A stretch of DNA of 63,897 nucleotides, the filler included, from Collodictyon triciliatum (taxonomy: Eukaryota): assembly GCA_043381765.1 (NCBI GenBank). It is 10 parts of 10 records of this genome, joined end to end, with 100 filler letters (N's around TTAATTAATTAA, not from the genome) between each part and the next. Parts side by side here need not be neighbours in the genome. Positions count along the whole stretch, not along the records: positions 12,099 to 18,029 come from JBHJMP010004830.1; positions 18,130 to 24,058 come from JBHJMP010004831.1; positions 24,159 to 34,329 come from JBHJMP010004832.1; 7 more parts are not named here. One strand, 5' to 3'. The translations under genes were made by a program, and so were the position numbers. Under the pieces are notes generated by a model, which made no database searches, had not been told where the DNA came from, and worked only from the letters and a program-made list of their open reading frames with translations. This document shows positions 12,282 to 27,754 of the stretch, piece by piece (positions within the stretch are counted from its first letter, which is position 1; each line of letters starts with the position of its first letter).

Positions 12282-15200
12282 ATGAGTTCGCCAGCGAGAG
12301 GGCAGCGATCAAACAGCATGACCACCCGACAAAGTCTCCCAACACAACCTCGTCCGGAGCTGTCTCCGCGAGGTCAATCACAGCATCTTGTGATATATCG
12401 CCGTCCACTGCCTTTCATTGCACCTGAAGAAGTCCGAAGCGGCAAAGACAGACAAGGATATACTGAAGACTCACAAAGACTCACGTCGGATGGGGACTCG
12501 GAAGGCGTGCCCGCCTCGGACAGACAAATAGGATTTGCAAATAGAGCACGACGAAGTTTGTCTCCTCGCCCAAGGTTTGCAATATATGTGTATACAAGAT
12601 ACATAAATCACAAAAACTTGCCAAACCATCATCTCTCCTATCCACATGGAGTCCATTTTCACCTTTCATCTATACTATCGACATACACGATCTAAAACAC
12701 ACCTAATTTGTTGACTCATGTGTGATTTATTCCAATTTCTAATAATCTAATGGTCTATTATGTGTGGTCATGAAACAGAGGCCTTTTTCGACTATGAGGC
12801 TCTTATGAGATAAAATTCTATATATTCAGAACTCCATCACAGTCAGATCGACTTCCTTACTCCAACCAGCTCGTCTTGTACGATACAAAGAATAAACAGC
12901 TAGTTTTACATGAGTCTGACAGGTTATTTTCTGTTGCATAAATTGGTTGATTGGCATATTGCGATACTTAAATCTATCTCCAAATAATCTGAATTACGTA
13001 TCGTGGCACACGCTAGATGAAATTCAATAATACTGATTTTATGCACATGACATTTTTTCCCAGTATTAAGTCGAATTAAATTACCCATGCCTTCAACCGA
13101 ATCATATTACTCGAATGCTCGATTTTAGAACAAAGTATCTCATTACCCACCCGCACCCACATCCGCCAAGTCCACTCTTTGATGGGGAAATTCTGGAAGA
13201 ATCGACGGATATATGTCCGACGTGCCAGCAGCCACTATCTCGGAGATACCCCCGAAACGAGCGCCCCTTTTTCAATCCAAATTACTTTATGATTCTTGCA
13301 GAGGCTTGGAAAGAAGAGGTGAGTAATCGGGCCGCAGCCAACCCTTGCACCTTGGATTTGCATGATTATCAGTCTATCTGTATGGCATGATAACATGAGA
13401 AACACACCAGCTGTGGAATTCGTTATAAAATTCTATCCTATGGTTCCGTGTGAAACAGTGACAATTAATCGTTTGCAGAGTTCAAGTCGGCTGCAAAATC
13501 ATGAATATCTCCCGGCGGCGAATAGCTCTGAACCAGAAAACGAAGAGATGATGTGTATGAAACGTTCAGACTCTTACCAAGAGATTCCAAGATCACGCCA
13601 GCATCCTTCGCCTCCATATGCTGATGCTATTGACTCACAAATGTTTAACCAAGGCTATTTCGACAAATTCTTTATTGTTGAAAAAATTCTTGGGAGAGGA
13701 ACATTCGGGGTTGTTCTTCTATGTCGGTAATAAAAATAAAAATAAAAACATCCAATCAGTTCATTTGTGCTTTTTCTAAAATTATTAAAATCTCGTAAAA
13801 AAAATTGGCTGCAAATTTTTACACATTTTCAAGCTCTCCCTTTTTTTTTTAAAAAAAATAAAATAAAATAAATCAACACGTTAATTATAGTTTGCGTTTT
13901 CATATAGCCATATTTTGGATGATTCTGTGTTAGGAACGTTTGCTGTAAAAAAAGTCCCTGTTGGAAATGATAGGTAATGCCTCACAAGAATAACAACTTA
14001 CGCATAATTCTCTTTATGTACGCTCAAGCAATATTCCATATATACATTGAAGATATTTTTTTAGAATATTCACATGTAGGAACTGGCTTAACCGAACGCT
14101 TAGCGAAGTAACATCTCTGCAACGCTTACGACATCCCAACATAGTGGATTACAAGCACTGCTGGATAGAAATGAGTCAGACGACAGATTTGGGCCCTTCG
14201 GTCCCTTGTCTTTTCATTCTCATGGAGTATGCGCAACGCGGTAGTTTGAACGAGTTACTGCATCCGAAGAAACCTGAAACGTATATGCTCCTAAAAGAAA
14301 ATCAATATACCATACCTTTCTTTTGCACCCTCAATAACAAAAACATGCCACTCATAACGAGGCACAAGCAACATACTCTTCATTGTTCATGAGAGTCAAA
14401 TCAAATTCTATCACTTCCAGGGCAGAGGAAATCAAGGAAGCACGAAAAAGGAAACGCAAAAGCGAAAGGCGAGTGGCACATTGATATGTTTACTCATTTG
14501 CTATCTTAATAAGAAAATATCATTCCATTCCATTTAAAATCACATCTGATGACCGCTTTTGTCTGGCTTAAAGTAGTGCGCGTATGGATGAGGAAGAGGT
14601 TCTTCCTTTTATATTTAACTCTTATTATGTATATAAATAAGATGTGTTAGTTATATTACTTATCTAGAAGTTGTAGGATGCCGATAAGGTTTGTTTTGAT
14701 GGGGGTTTTTTTTTACGTCTAGTGTCTAAGCGAAGAAGTTATTTGGAGCCTTTTGTACGACACATGCCAAGGACTGCGATATTTACACAAACTCAAAATT
14801 ATACACGCTGATGTAAAGCCCCAAAATCTTTTATTGGATGTGTGTCCAACCACCGGGCGTCTAAAAATTTTGATAAGGTTGTAATTTTTTAATTTCTTTC
14901 AGTAAGTTAAACAGCACATCCCCTTTTGACAGATTTGCAGCTTATCCAGGGTTTGATGTTTAAAAATAATCACTCCCATATTGTTCAAAATAGCGACTTT
15001 GGAACCAGTAAACAAATCGAAACTCTCGGACACGATGCCAAGATTATTCGAAGAACAGGAAATACAGGAACGATTGATTTTACTGCGCCCGAAGTGCTTG
15101 TGCAGGATAGAAATGGAACATATATGAATGATTACTCGGACAAGGCAGATATGTGGAGTCTCGGAATTGTCCTGTATGAAATGTGTTTTGGTATACTCCC

Positions 15201-17106
15201 ATGGAGAGTCAGCACAGAAGGGCAGAGTTGGCAGGTTAGAGCTTTTGGTTCAGGCATATATAAACAATATGAATCAGACAAATCATTTTCCTATATCCCA
15301 ACGATTTTTTCGATTATCTTGCAGTAATTTTAATATTAAAAAGCAAAAATAAAATAAAAAGCATCAGGTTATTCATCAAATCATGGATGATCATTTCGTC
15401 ATTCCAATACCTCCCGTATATGATAGTAGTACAAAATATTGCCCGCAAAGGTCAACTGAGCTTCTCGTGGTTCTTGAAAGCCTTTTGCAAAGAAATAAAG
15501 AACATAGACCTTCATCAGAGGAAATTTTCCAACATGATGCTTTCATTGTAAGCTCCCAAAAGCCATATATATCTCAAGCGTGAGCTTGAGTTTATTTTAT
15601 TTTTTATTTGAATTAATGTTGATCAAGCTTTTGTATTATGTCCTTTTCACAGTTCTGTCGTAAAAAAAATCTTTACGTTTGGTATATCTTCCGTATCCAG
15701 ATTAAAAAAAAATTTACAAACAATATACTCTTCAATATAGAAAGGCGTCGAATTGTACGGATTGTCAGATATTCCAAGTAGAGGAAGGTCAACTTCACTC
15801 AGTCATCGAAGAATTAGCACGAAAGTTTCTGCCACGCAAGGCAGTCCGATGATTCAGCATGCTAATTCGTATTTTTTTTTTAATGATTCTTAACCTTATT
15901 CATTCTCTATAATATATTACTTTATGTACGTTTTTCTTCATTAAAATATAAAGGACTTTTGCAATACAAAGTAGATGTCAAGTGTGCATCGCATGATTTG
16001 TCGCATGGCGTTGTTATGATCTAAAATTTTAAAGCTGAAATCAACATGGGGATAATATAGGCACAGGTCTGATACAATGACGAGAAGCATAGACGTGCAA
16101 GCATCCGATGAGAGTTTGGAAAAAGTTATCTTTGCTGACAGACAAGGAAAAGAAAATATGGGGTTTCCATCAGAGCTTTTCAAAACCGAGAGCGAGAAGA
16201 TAGCATCGATCGAACACTCGGTACAAACGGATGAAAATGAAGAATTCTGGGATACAAAAAACGTCAAATGCTCGGGAAGTGCTAACCCCAGAAAACAAAG
16301 TGTAAGTCTTGTAGGTGTTCATTTGTGATAACATGAATATCGAATCAAAACTGCATTATTCGAATGAAGACTTTATACCTGAATTTTTGGATGAATTTTT
16401 TTAAAAATCGTTAAAGCCACAAATGAGTGACACAAAAGGGCCCGAAATTTATTTACGGCGATATAGTTTTCTCATGCTACTTTTAGTTCGGGTAAGTGAT
16501 GTTGGAATCGAGTGAGCAAAAATAACGCAAAACACATTCTCTTTCATATCGCTTCTTCATATCCTTTTCACATCGGGTGTAAAGATTGAAGGGCCTATCA
16601 TGCATAATGTACCACAAAAATTTACAGTAGTGTGCATTATTTTTCTCTAGTATGCACGCCTCTGTTTCAGCTGCTTGGAAACAGGAATGATTCAGTCAGC
16701 ACCAGGGCCATTCATCACCTTTCCATTTATTGTATTTGTGTCCTTGTGGTCTCAGGACAGCATTCGGTATTTTCTTTGCATCGTGGTGTCTCTAATTTTC
16801 ACCTGAATTATTAACTATTCCTTGCTCGATCTTAATATGAGTGGATGTAGGTCCAGCAAAACAAAAAGCGTCTTTGCGTGGATTCTACTGGAAATGTGGT
16901 TAGCTTTCTGCTATGAAACCAACAGAGCGTGCTCAGCTCCTACAACTACGTAGCCTTTATTCATAGCTTTTAAGTGGATGTTGTCAAGAAAAAGCCCTAA
17001 CCTTTTCACTCTGCTGTTTTTTTTTTATAAAAAAAAATATGATATTATAAGCATGCTTTTTTCTGATTATTTTCAGCCGCAACACACTGACGAAAGTTTA
17101 GTGTAG
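12282..17106 (+). CDS. IKS1: IKS1-family Ser/Thr protein kinase (multi-exon; kinase domain ~13640-15547; both ends approximate)
   Basis: PFFNPNYFMIL, FNQGYFDKFFIVEKILGRGTFGVVLLCR|HILDDSVLGTFAVKKVPVGND, LRHPNIVDYKHCWIE..GPSVPCLFILMEY, HADVKPQN, DFG, GNTGTIDFTAPE, DMWSLG. The combination is typical of Iks1/IksA. Confidence 0.88.
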
Positions 17107-17819
17107 AATATAAAAATCCTCAAAATCCACACCGATTCTACTCTAATCAACTTTGTGTTGATTTGCAGCCATGAGGAGATGAGCCAAACAAACATCACTT
17201 CAATACTCGAGAATATTATATGGATTATATTATCACATGTCGCAAGCAAATGAATACATTGTAAGACGAAACAACCTACCAAACGAAAATAAACTGAATA
17301 TTTCAATCGATTGACAAACATATTCCACACATATTCCACTAGGCTGAGACAGTTCCAACAACTTGACATTATAAACAGTATCCCTTTACTTTCACTTGAC
17401 TATATTTGCTTCAATAGCAACTAAAGTAATGAACTAGAATATAATTCATTCGGGAGCCACACAATATCTATCTCGCTCATTTCAACGGAGTGGAGTTATT
17501 CTGGAAAATAGCCACTCTGTCCCACTACACCAAAGCAATCAATGCGCCCTTCATTCTTTATTTTCTCTAAGAAAAAGAAAAGAAGAAACAACATCATTTG
17601 CATTTGGTGTGCGGAAACACGAAAGGTTAGAACCATAGGGACATATCATCATCCAGACCACACTAACAATCTATGATGAAGCAAATGAATTTGAAAGTAG
17701 AAAGGAAAACCTAGAAGTTGGCCAACAAAAATGCATTTTACATAGACACATATCACGATTTCTTGTTACTTTTCTGTCATAGGTTTGAAAGCTGGTGCTT
17801 AAATATGAGAAATGATAAT

Positions 17820-18029
17820 GCATTACAACGAGGGTACTCACGGCACACGGACCTACGGATGCAATTCAAAGACAGAGCGGGGTGTATCAAGGCTGCCCAC
17901 TTGCACCACTACTCTTCAACTTCGTCGCTAACTGCCTTGCAAACCACTTCCGAAACGAAAACAAGGTGCGCAACCAACTGCTACTTCAATATGCAGACGA
18001 CACAGCATTCATCTTGCGGTCTCCCGAAG
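17820..18029 (+). mobile_element. Non-LTR retrotransposon reverse transcriptase fragment running into the contig end
   Basis: Open frame TTRVLTAHGPTDAIQRQSGVYQGCPLAPLLFNFVANCL..LLQYADDTAFI contains the QG-PL-P-LF and YADD motifs. In-frame stops lie immediately upstream. Confidence 0.88.
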
Positions 18030-18190
18030 NNNNNNNNNNNNNNNNNNNNNNNNNNNNNNNNNNNNNNNNNNNNTTAATTAATTAANNNNNNNNNNNNNNN
18101 NNNNNNNNNNNNNNNNNNNNNNNNNNNNNAAAATAAAAAATAAAAAATAAAAAATAAAAAATAAAAAATAAAAAATAAAAAATAAAAAAT

Positions 18191-18227
<37 letters not shown>

Positions 18228-18505
18228 AAATAAAAAATAAAAAATAAAAAATAAAAAATAAAAAATAAAGAATAAAGAACAAAAAATAAAGAACAAAAAA
18301 TAAAATAAAAATAAAAATAAAACATAAACATAGACATAAACATAAACAAATACTCCTCCAGCAAACGATGGCTAGCGAACCAAAGCCAACATCTCCACTA
18401 TCCTGCACAAAATTGAAAGGAAGAATAATAAAAAAAAAAAAAAAACAAATACTCCTGGTTGAAACTTATTCGGGTGTTTCCAGAGTCCAACGCTACCTCC
18501 TGAGA

Positions 18506-20120
<1,615 letters not shown>

Positions 20121-21113
20121 AATATTCATGTTTCTTCCAGCGGTCCTTCATTACTATTATTTGTTCTTAAAAAAAAACAAGACCCGGAAATTTATCTTGC
20201 ATTTATTATTTTCATTTTATGCATACTCACCTATATCATACTTTTGAGTGATGAGTATGAAACAAACAAACAAACAAACAAACAAACAAACAAACAAACA
20301 AACAAACAAACAAACAAACAAACAACCCAATTGCTACTATAATAGTACCAGAAGATGAGCTTCTCTTTGATACATTTTCTTCAGGTTTGAATTATTCTAG
20401 AGTCCTCCACAAGTATAACCATCACGGTCAAACTAAATTGGTCTCATATTGATAGGATATGAATTCCTTATTACACCAAATAATTCTCTCCTCTTCGGCC
20501 TCGTTTCCGTTTTGATACTCAGCATGGGTTTCTGACATCGTGCCGAACCTTTTGAAAAAAAGTGCCTCGGTTGTGGACACTCGCATCGCTACGGGCTTAG
20601 CATTTGAAAATCAAATATTTTGCGAATTAGCACCCTTCTTTTTTTTTTCTTCTTTCTTTTTGACTTATGTGGGGGTTGGCTCTAATCAATCGATGTGATC
20701 ATTTCTGGTTGAGACCCTCCTAACCTACTACCTTTCTCAACCTTCAAATATCCTGCTACATCTTCAATCACCACCACACCCTGACTGACACATCGGCTGG
20801 CACGCCTCTGGATGAAAAAATAAATTAAACAGAATATTTTCGCTACAAATACCATCACAAAATAAACTATTAGATGAAATTACTGTGCATAGCTTTAAGG
20901 GCACATAACTAGGAGGAGTGTCCAAAAGGGTAACATAAAAAGGTATTCACATCTTATCAACTGGCGCTTTCATGGGACACAAGAATCAAAGTAGTTAAGC
21001 GCTTCCTGCTGGAAAGCTGTTCGGCATTAAATACGACCGAATAAGATGTGAACATTACTATATGCAAACTCTTTCGGTATTTTTTCCACTCAAAGAGTCC
21101 TTTATCATTTCTG

Positions 21114-23828
21114 CTAATCATATTTTGGCTTGGTTTCCTTCACTGTTGTGCTTTCACTTGGTCTATCGGAGGAAGAAACGGGTCGGACGTAATTCGTGAT
21201 AGTTTCCTGTGCAAATTAAAGATTGAGAAAAGCTCCTTCGCTTTTACACAATAAGATCTAAATTAAAAGAAAAACCTTCGAGTATAGCATCGTGCCCATG
21301 AAAACCAGAGCTATTCCGACAGAATGTGAGCTCGTAAACGGGTGGTGAAAATATAGAATACTGAGCATCAGTGATGTGAACTTGCGGAGAGTCAAGAGCA
21401 TGGTGGTTTCAAAGGAGCCAAGAACACCTGTGCGAATGAGGCGATTGTCAGTCTTTATTTCGACAGGGATTTTTCTGTACTTTCTAATCTGCACATCAGG
21501 ATATATGTTGATGAGATGTTTGATATTTTTTCCCATCATTTTGATAAATTGAGGAGGTGGATAACGTTTTTTATGTATGCACAGGGGGTTAAAACAATAT
21601 CAATAAAGAGTAATTATTCACCTGTTGATAAGAAAACACCACAGATACACATGAACCTGGGTATTACATATTTAAGATAGATATTGCATCAGAGCATATT
21701 ATGAAAACAAAAACAAAAACAAAAAAGGAAAAAGGAAAAAAAGAAAGGAAAAAACACACAAAAACACACAAAAACACAAAAACACAAAAAAAAACTGTGA
21801 ATCAACCCACTGAGAAAAAACGTTGATAAACAGAGCAATCCACACGTAAGGCATGGATATTCCGAGCAGAGAAAAGGGAGTAGATTCGTTGAATCCAGCA
21901 ATATGTCTGTCCATGTTATTCGCCAAGAATATAAAGTACGGTAACGACAGCAGATGCTACGTAATAATGTTTTATAGAAGTTGATTTTTAATTGTATTAT
22001 TAGATAATTAGTCTGGTAATATATCGTTTGATTATCCTGACTACTTTTAGCTCACAAATATTAACCTGGTAAAGTATTCCTTCCTTCCAAACACCATGTG
22101 TTCCAGAACTTCTGTATGCGTTCTCCTTTTCATTATGCTCAATTGTTACAAATTTGCTTGTTGACGAAGTTGCATGCCAGTTTAAGAAATGCCTTTCAAA
22201 AAAAAATACCTGAATATGTCCAAGAAGAGAAGTTAAAATCAGGGAGCACGTGAGGAGAGCAACGCCAGTAAGGATGCCTGTGACATCATCAGAGTTTTCA
22301 TTCAAGACCTATAGCATGATAAAACAGTGAATAAGAAAAATATGTGGTTATGTTAAGAAAAGGTCACAATCAGATTTATACAGCAATAGTAAATAAATGT
22401 AACAAACAAACAAACAAACAAACAAACAAACAAACAAACAAACAAACAAACAAACAAACAAACAAACAAACAAACAAACAAACAAACCAAATTTTCCACT
22501 TGAACTGAATCGCAGCAATCTTTTTTCACTTTCACTTTGATGTCGGCGAATGTAGATATGATTATCCCGCTCGTTACCAGTAGAGATGCAAACACTTGAT
22601 ATAGCTTGTATCTGATGAGAATAGTCATTGAAGAATTAGGTCTAGATAATATTTTAATATCTATCTATAAGTATACTTTTTATTCATAAAGAGGTATCCA
22701 CAAAATAGATTTCCTACAAGGGAGCTTGACCTAGTCGATGATTTCTCGATTTAGAGAGATGTTCAATAAAAGCTTGTGGAATCTTTAAAATTTATAGTTA
22801 TTTTGTGAGTTTTGCTTATTTCGTTATCTATTAATTAACAAAAATACCTAAATATTAAATGCAAAGGAGCAGCAATCTTGTACGAAAAAGCCTATAGGAA
22901 ATTTTAAGAATGAGCAAATCATTCTCGAACGTGGAGGACTGAATGATTTATAATCTTTTAAATATACTTATCGATATGTACCTGTTGATAAAAAAAAAAC
23001 AATAACCACAAACCAAATTATTAAGGAAGTTGATTGCAAAAAACAAAACAGCCATTGTGATATGAACCCTCATAGGGAGAACTGGTTTCTTGAATGGAAA
23101 CCACCATCGCTTATTCACTACAAATTATTTTATCTACATTTATTTGATACCAAAATAGCATGAATTATTAAAAGGGACTTAACATTATTGCATTATCTAA
23201 AAATAATAATAATAATCAAATAACAGTCATATTTGTAACACGTAAATTAATGATAAATAATATGGTTTGATTTTATAAACTAAGAATTTCAATGGCTCGA
23301 TGTTTTTATATTCTCAGAAGGGATATATGTTTCATAATCTGACATTATTATTATTTTACTATTTGAGTATGTTTCCTATTTTCTTGGTTGATGTTTTTTT
23401 TTTTTTTTGAAGGGCGCTATTACCTTCTTCAGTTATATTAAGGAATAGGCCACCCACGGCGATGAAGGAAAATTGAAGCAAAGTCACTAAACTACCGCAC
23501 TGTGGCGAATGGCTGATGTTTGAGCAGATATGTAATGAAAATATCAGCACATAGTGTTTAGCTTAATGACAATGAGACACACCAAATGGGGGAAACGTGT
23601 ATTTAAGATAATACGCTCAGCTCATACGTCAAATTGTTACGGGGTTTTTTTTTTATTATTATTATTAAAGTTCATGAAAAGGATGAGCGCGTTGTAGCAC
23701 AAGACACAAGATATCTCAAGAAGTTGGAAGATTCTGCAGGGGGCCTACCTCATCACGACCTCTAGTGCAAAATTATTCACAAGACAACCTCCTGCGACAA
23801 GAAGAAGGACTTGTACTTTTTCTATCAT
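21114..23828 (-). CDS. SLC35B4: UDP-xylose/UDP-GlcNAc transporter (SLC35B4/YEA4 family), multi-exon
   Basis: GGCLVNNFALEV|PQCGSLVTLLQFSFIA, KIAAPLHLIF, YKLYQVFASLLVTSGIIIST, LTSLLGHIQ, TTMLLTLRKFTSLMLSILYFHHPFT..GIALVFMGTMLY. Confidence 0.88.
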
Positions 23829-23987
23829 TCTGTCTTGTAAAGATGATTAAGGCAGAAATAAAAGTAGAGAAGTCTACACGGAAACAGCTTGGTCTTACTT
23901 TCGTTTAATAACATGAATTACTTTTCTACTTCTCTCTCAGTGGTTATTTTTTTTTGTGTTTTTTGTGTTTTTTTTGTGTTTTTTTGT

Positions 23988-24045
<58 letters not shown>

Positions 24046-24910
24046 TTTTTGTTTTTTTNNNNNNNNNNNNNNNNNNNNNNNNNNNNNNNNNNNNNNNNNN
24101 NNTTAATTAATTAANNNNNNNNNNNNNNNNNNNNNNNNNNNNNNNNNNNNNNNNNNNNCGAGCCCATTTCCAACGGAACTGAGGACAAGTGCTTTATCAG
24201 CACCAGCTTCGACCCCAGGTTTGAGTATTATCACGAATGGATGCTATGCCATACACACATTCATTGAGGGGATGTCTTGAGTCATGAGTTTGCTCTCCAT
24301 TCCATCTGATTTCTTACTTGCCATGATTTCCTCCATTCCATCCTAGCTCCCACTTCGAGCTCACTGGCGCTGACATCATCGACATCTACAAGGTACTTCT
24401 TTTTCCATAGTTTTTTTTCCCCACCAATTTGAAAGTTATAACGCATGGTTCTCTGCCTGAAATGATCGTGTGCTAAATCACGCACAACCGCCACCAGCGC
24501 ATCACAGGCAAGGAACTGGAGCTCAAGCCCAAGGTCAACTCCGGCGAAGAAGAGGGCTCCGCATAACTCCGCGCCAACAACCTTCAACACCTGCCCCACC
24601 TTTTCTTCAGTCAGCCGTGCAATTCTCTGCACGCCATCCCGCCACCTCTTCTCTTTTGGACCGCAAACTAAACCCGACACAAAGCAAGAAACGAGAGAGA
24701 GGGAGAGAACCCGGCACCCTCCGACTGGTGTGCCATCAGGCAGTTGGTTACCGCATTCCAACGGCGGCGACTAGTGCGCAAGGCGGGTGGGGGGCGGATA
24801 GTTTATGAAGAGGGATGCGGACAGGTGCAATAATAAATGCGAGAACGACAACACGAGCGAGCAGGAGCAGGACAGGCGGGAGATGGAAATACAGAGGGAG
24901 AGGGAGGCGT

Positions 24911-25949
24911 CTATAGCTTGGCGGAAGGGGGCTGGGACTGGGCGACCGCGACAGAGGCCACCGCACGGGCCGAGTGGAGCGGCTGTGACTGGGTCTGTGA
25001 GTGGGCGTGGGCGGGGACGTCGGGACCCGGGGGGGTGTGCGGGGACTCCGGGTGGGCCCGCTTCCAGGCGGAGACGGTCGGGGGCACGAGGGAGTAGGCG
25101 TGGCGGATCTCGTTGGAGAAGACGGAGAGGAGGAGGGAGGAGAAGCCCGGGACGTTGGAGACCGGGTAGCAGATGTTGACGAGGCGGCACGAGTCCGGGT
25201 CCTCCGGGAAGAGGTAGAGCGAGCCGTAGCAGGCCAGCTGCTCCTGCAGCACGGGGGGGCGGCTGACGTAGAGGATCTCAAAGAACTCGGCCGTGGCGGG
25301 GCGCGTGCCCAGCAGCCCGTACACCGGGTGGTCGCCCCACGCCTCGCGCGGCGGCAGCGCAGCCGTCTCGTGGCGCAGATACGTGCGGCACTCCTGCACA
25401 GACAGCCGGTCCAGCCCCAGCAGCCGCTTCACCGCCCACGGCAGCGCGATCTTGAGCTTCAGCGACACCTTGCGCCGCAGCACCCCCTCCGGCCTCTGCC
25501 GCGTCAGGAACGGGCCCCCCGCGGCGTCTGCCTCTGTGTCCCGCAGCGGTGCGTGGCGCGTCAGTAAGAGGGAAGAGGGACGTTTCTTTTTCCTTTTTCT
25601 TTTCTTTTCCTTTTTCTTTTCTTTTCCTTTTTCTTTTCCTTTTTCTTTTTCTTTTTCTTTTTCTTTTTCTTTTCCTTTTCCTTTTCCTTTTCCTTGTTGG
25701 GGCAGGAAGGCGCCCGTGTGTACCTGATTCCTCCCCTTCGGACCCCGTCTCCCGCGCGTACGTGGTGTGGTGGGCCGGCACGTAGTGTGCAAAGTCCTTT
25801 TCTGGGATGACGACGGCCTCGTCCTCGTGCGCGGATTCGAGCGTGTCGGCAAAGTCTGCGGCAAAGTCGTCGTATTCTGCCCGCTGCATCAGCTCAAAGT
25901 ATTTGTCCACACGCATGGGGATCACCGCCTCGACTTGCACGTAGTTCAT
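24911..25949 (-). CDS. GC-rich two-exon gene of unknown function, possibly START/SRPBCC-like (DUF2505-like) fold
   Basis: Exon 1 25949-25724 (MNYVQVEAVIPMRVDKYFELM..) and exon 2 25533-24911 (..LRRKVSLKLKIALPWAVKRLLGLDRLSVQECRTY..) join in phase across a GT..CTGAC..CAG intron containing a GAAAA(G/A) repeat. The fold is an impression only. Confidence 0.6.
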
Positions 25950-27651
25950 CGCTGCGGTCTGCTGCTCTCTGTCCGTATGGCTGTCGCTCGATGGCCCAAA
26001 AGATGATCCGGGCTGGCTGGCGGCCTTGCACACTCCGATCTGAGGGGAGGGGATCATGGCAGCGACCGGTTAGTTTGAGAGACCGCTCTTTGCCGACTGT
26101 TGGCTGGGAGAAGGAACCAAAGCAGTCTCGCAGAGGCAGGAGCAGACAAGACCAAACGGCGAATTTCAAACCGGGAGAGTCAAAGGTAGGAAAGTGCTTC
26201 TTGTCTCTCGTCTTTTTCTCTTTTTTTTCTTTTTCTTTTTCTTTTTCTTTTTCTTTTTCTTTTTCTTTTTCTTTTTCTTTTTCTTTTTCTTTTTCTTTTT
26301 CTTTTCTTTTTCAAGTTTGGTACTGCTACGACTTTGTGTATGTTCTGTTTCTTGACAGCTCTGAAGATTTGTATAGTCCCAAAGGTAACCGTTCCTAAGC
26401 ATCGTCCGGTTGAATAGTTGGATCTCAGTCACAACTTGTCCCTACATCATTGTCGTTCTTCCTGCTGCAAAGAAAAAAAAAACTAGCCTTCTCCACTCAG
26501 CCGATCACTTAGACCTTGTGTAATGTCGTGTTTTTTTCTCTGATTGTGTTTTTCGACTGCAACTCTGCATGCTCGAGGGGAGAAAAACAACTGGCTGCCT
26601 GCCTCGGCGACAGGGGTTGTGGCTTGGGTCTGAGCCCCGCGTTGCTGTGGTAGGTGGTTCTGCACATCGGGGCAAACCCGACCAGCCTGTCCCAACCATC
26701 ATTGTCGCTGTGTGCATCGATCCAATATCCGAGTATTGATTATGACACGAAGCGAGGGCTCTATCAAATAGGACTTGTCGTTGCTTCTCTGCGGTTTGTG
26801 GCGATGAGGTCAAAGACTCACTCCGACTAAAAAACGCTAATGGTTGCCTACTTTTTTTTCCCATTCCAGGGCGAGAATAGTGCCAGCGCTATGAATTTAG
26901 CTGGATACTGGTAAGCTTAGTAAAAATAGCCTATCCCTTTCGTTTCCAGATGAGGGAGATGGCCACTATGAAGTACAGAATTGGGAACGCTGATTTTGCT
27001 GTTCTGTTGCGATTTGGGGAACGGTGTATTCCTCCGGGATGGGAATTGGGATTTTACACTGAAATTGGGTCTTCATTTAACAAAATGTGGAATTTACATA
27101 ATATCTAATTTCTTGACTAAAAAAGGTTAATTCAATCATTAAATAAAGTAAAAAATAGTGTCTATAATAATCTTAAATGTCATATATCATAAATGCTAAT
27201 CAAATATTTCAGAACAATCCTTTGCCTGTACCTATGGTATGGTATAATGAAGCAACGGTTGTAGATCAAAATCTTTGATCTGTCGAGACTTTAACTAAAT
27301 TAGCTTGTGAGGAAAGAAATAAGAAATTTTCCCTGTTAGTGAATCCTGGCATGCATAGCTATCATCAAATTCAAAAAATGAAGTACGATTGCAACTAAAT
27401 TAATTTTCTTATACGTGAATATAAGATGTTAAAATGATATAAATTCCACAAAAAAAATTAATCTTAAGGCTCTCCCTAATTCAGCAATCCGTTTCGGTTA
27501 GACAACGCACACATATGGATACATCATACAATCAACCGATTTTATCATAGGCCTCCTTCATTTGTCTGCTTGCACCTTGGTTGTTACCAACTCACAAAGC
27601 ATCTGTCTGCTATGAATCAGCAACTCGCAGAGACAACCCCAGACAACAATA

Positions 27652-27754
<103 letters not shown>

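Noticed and set aside
16559-16568. ATATCCTTTT as a U12-type (AT-AC) splice donor
   Set aside because: It lies inside an apparent ordinary GT-AG intron with no exon ending there.
24748-25785. Multiple overlapping ORFs on both strands as separate genes
   Set aside because: Explained by stop-codon scarcity in GC-rich DNA; only one spliced minus-strand model has coherent splice signals.
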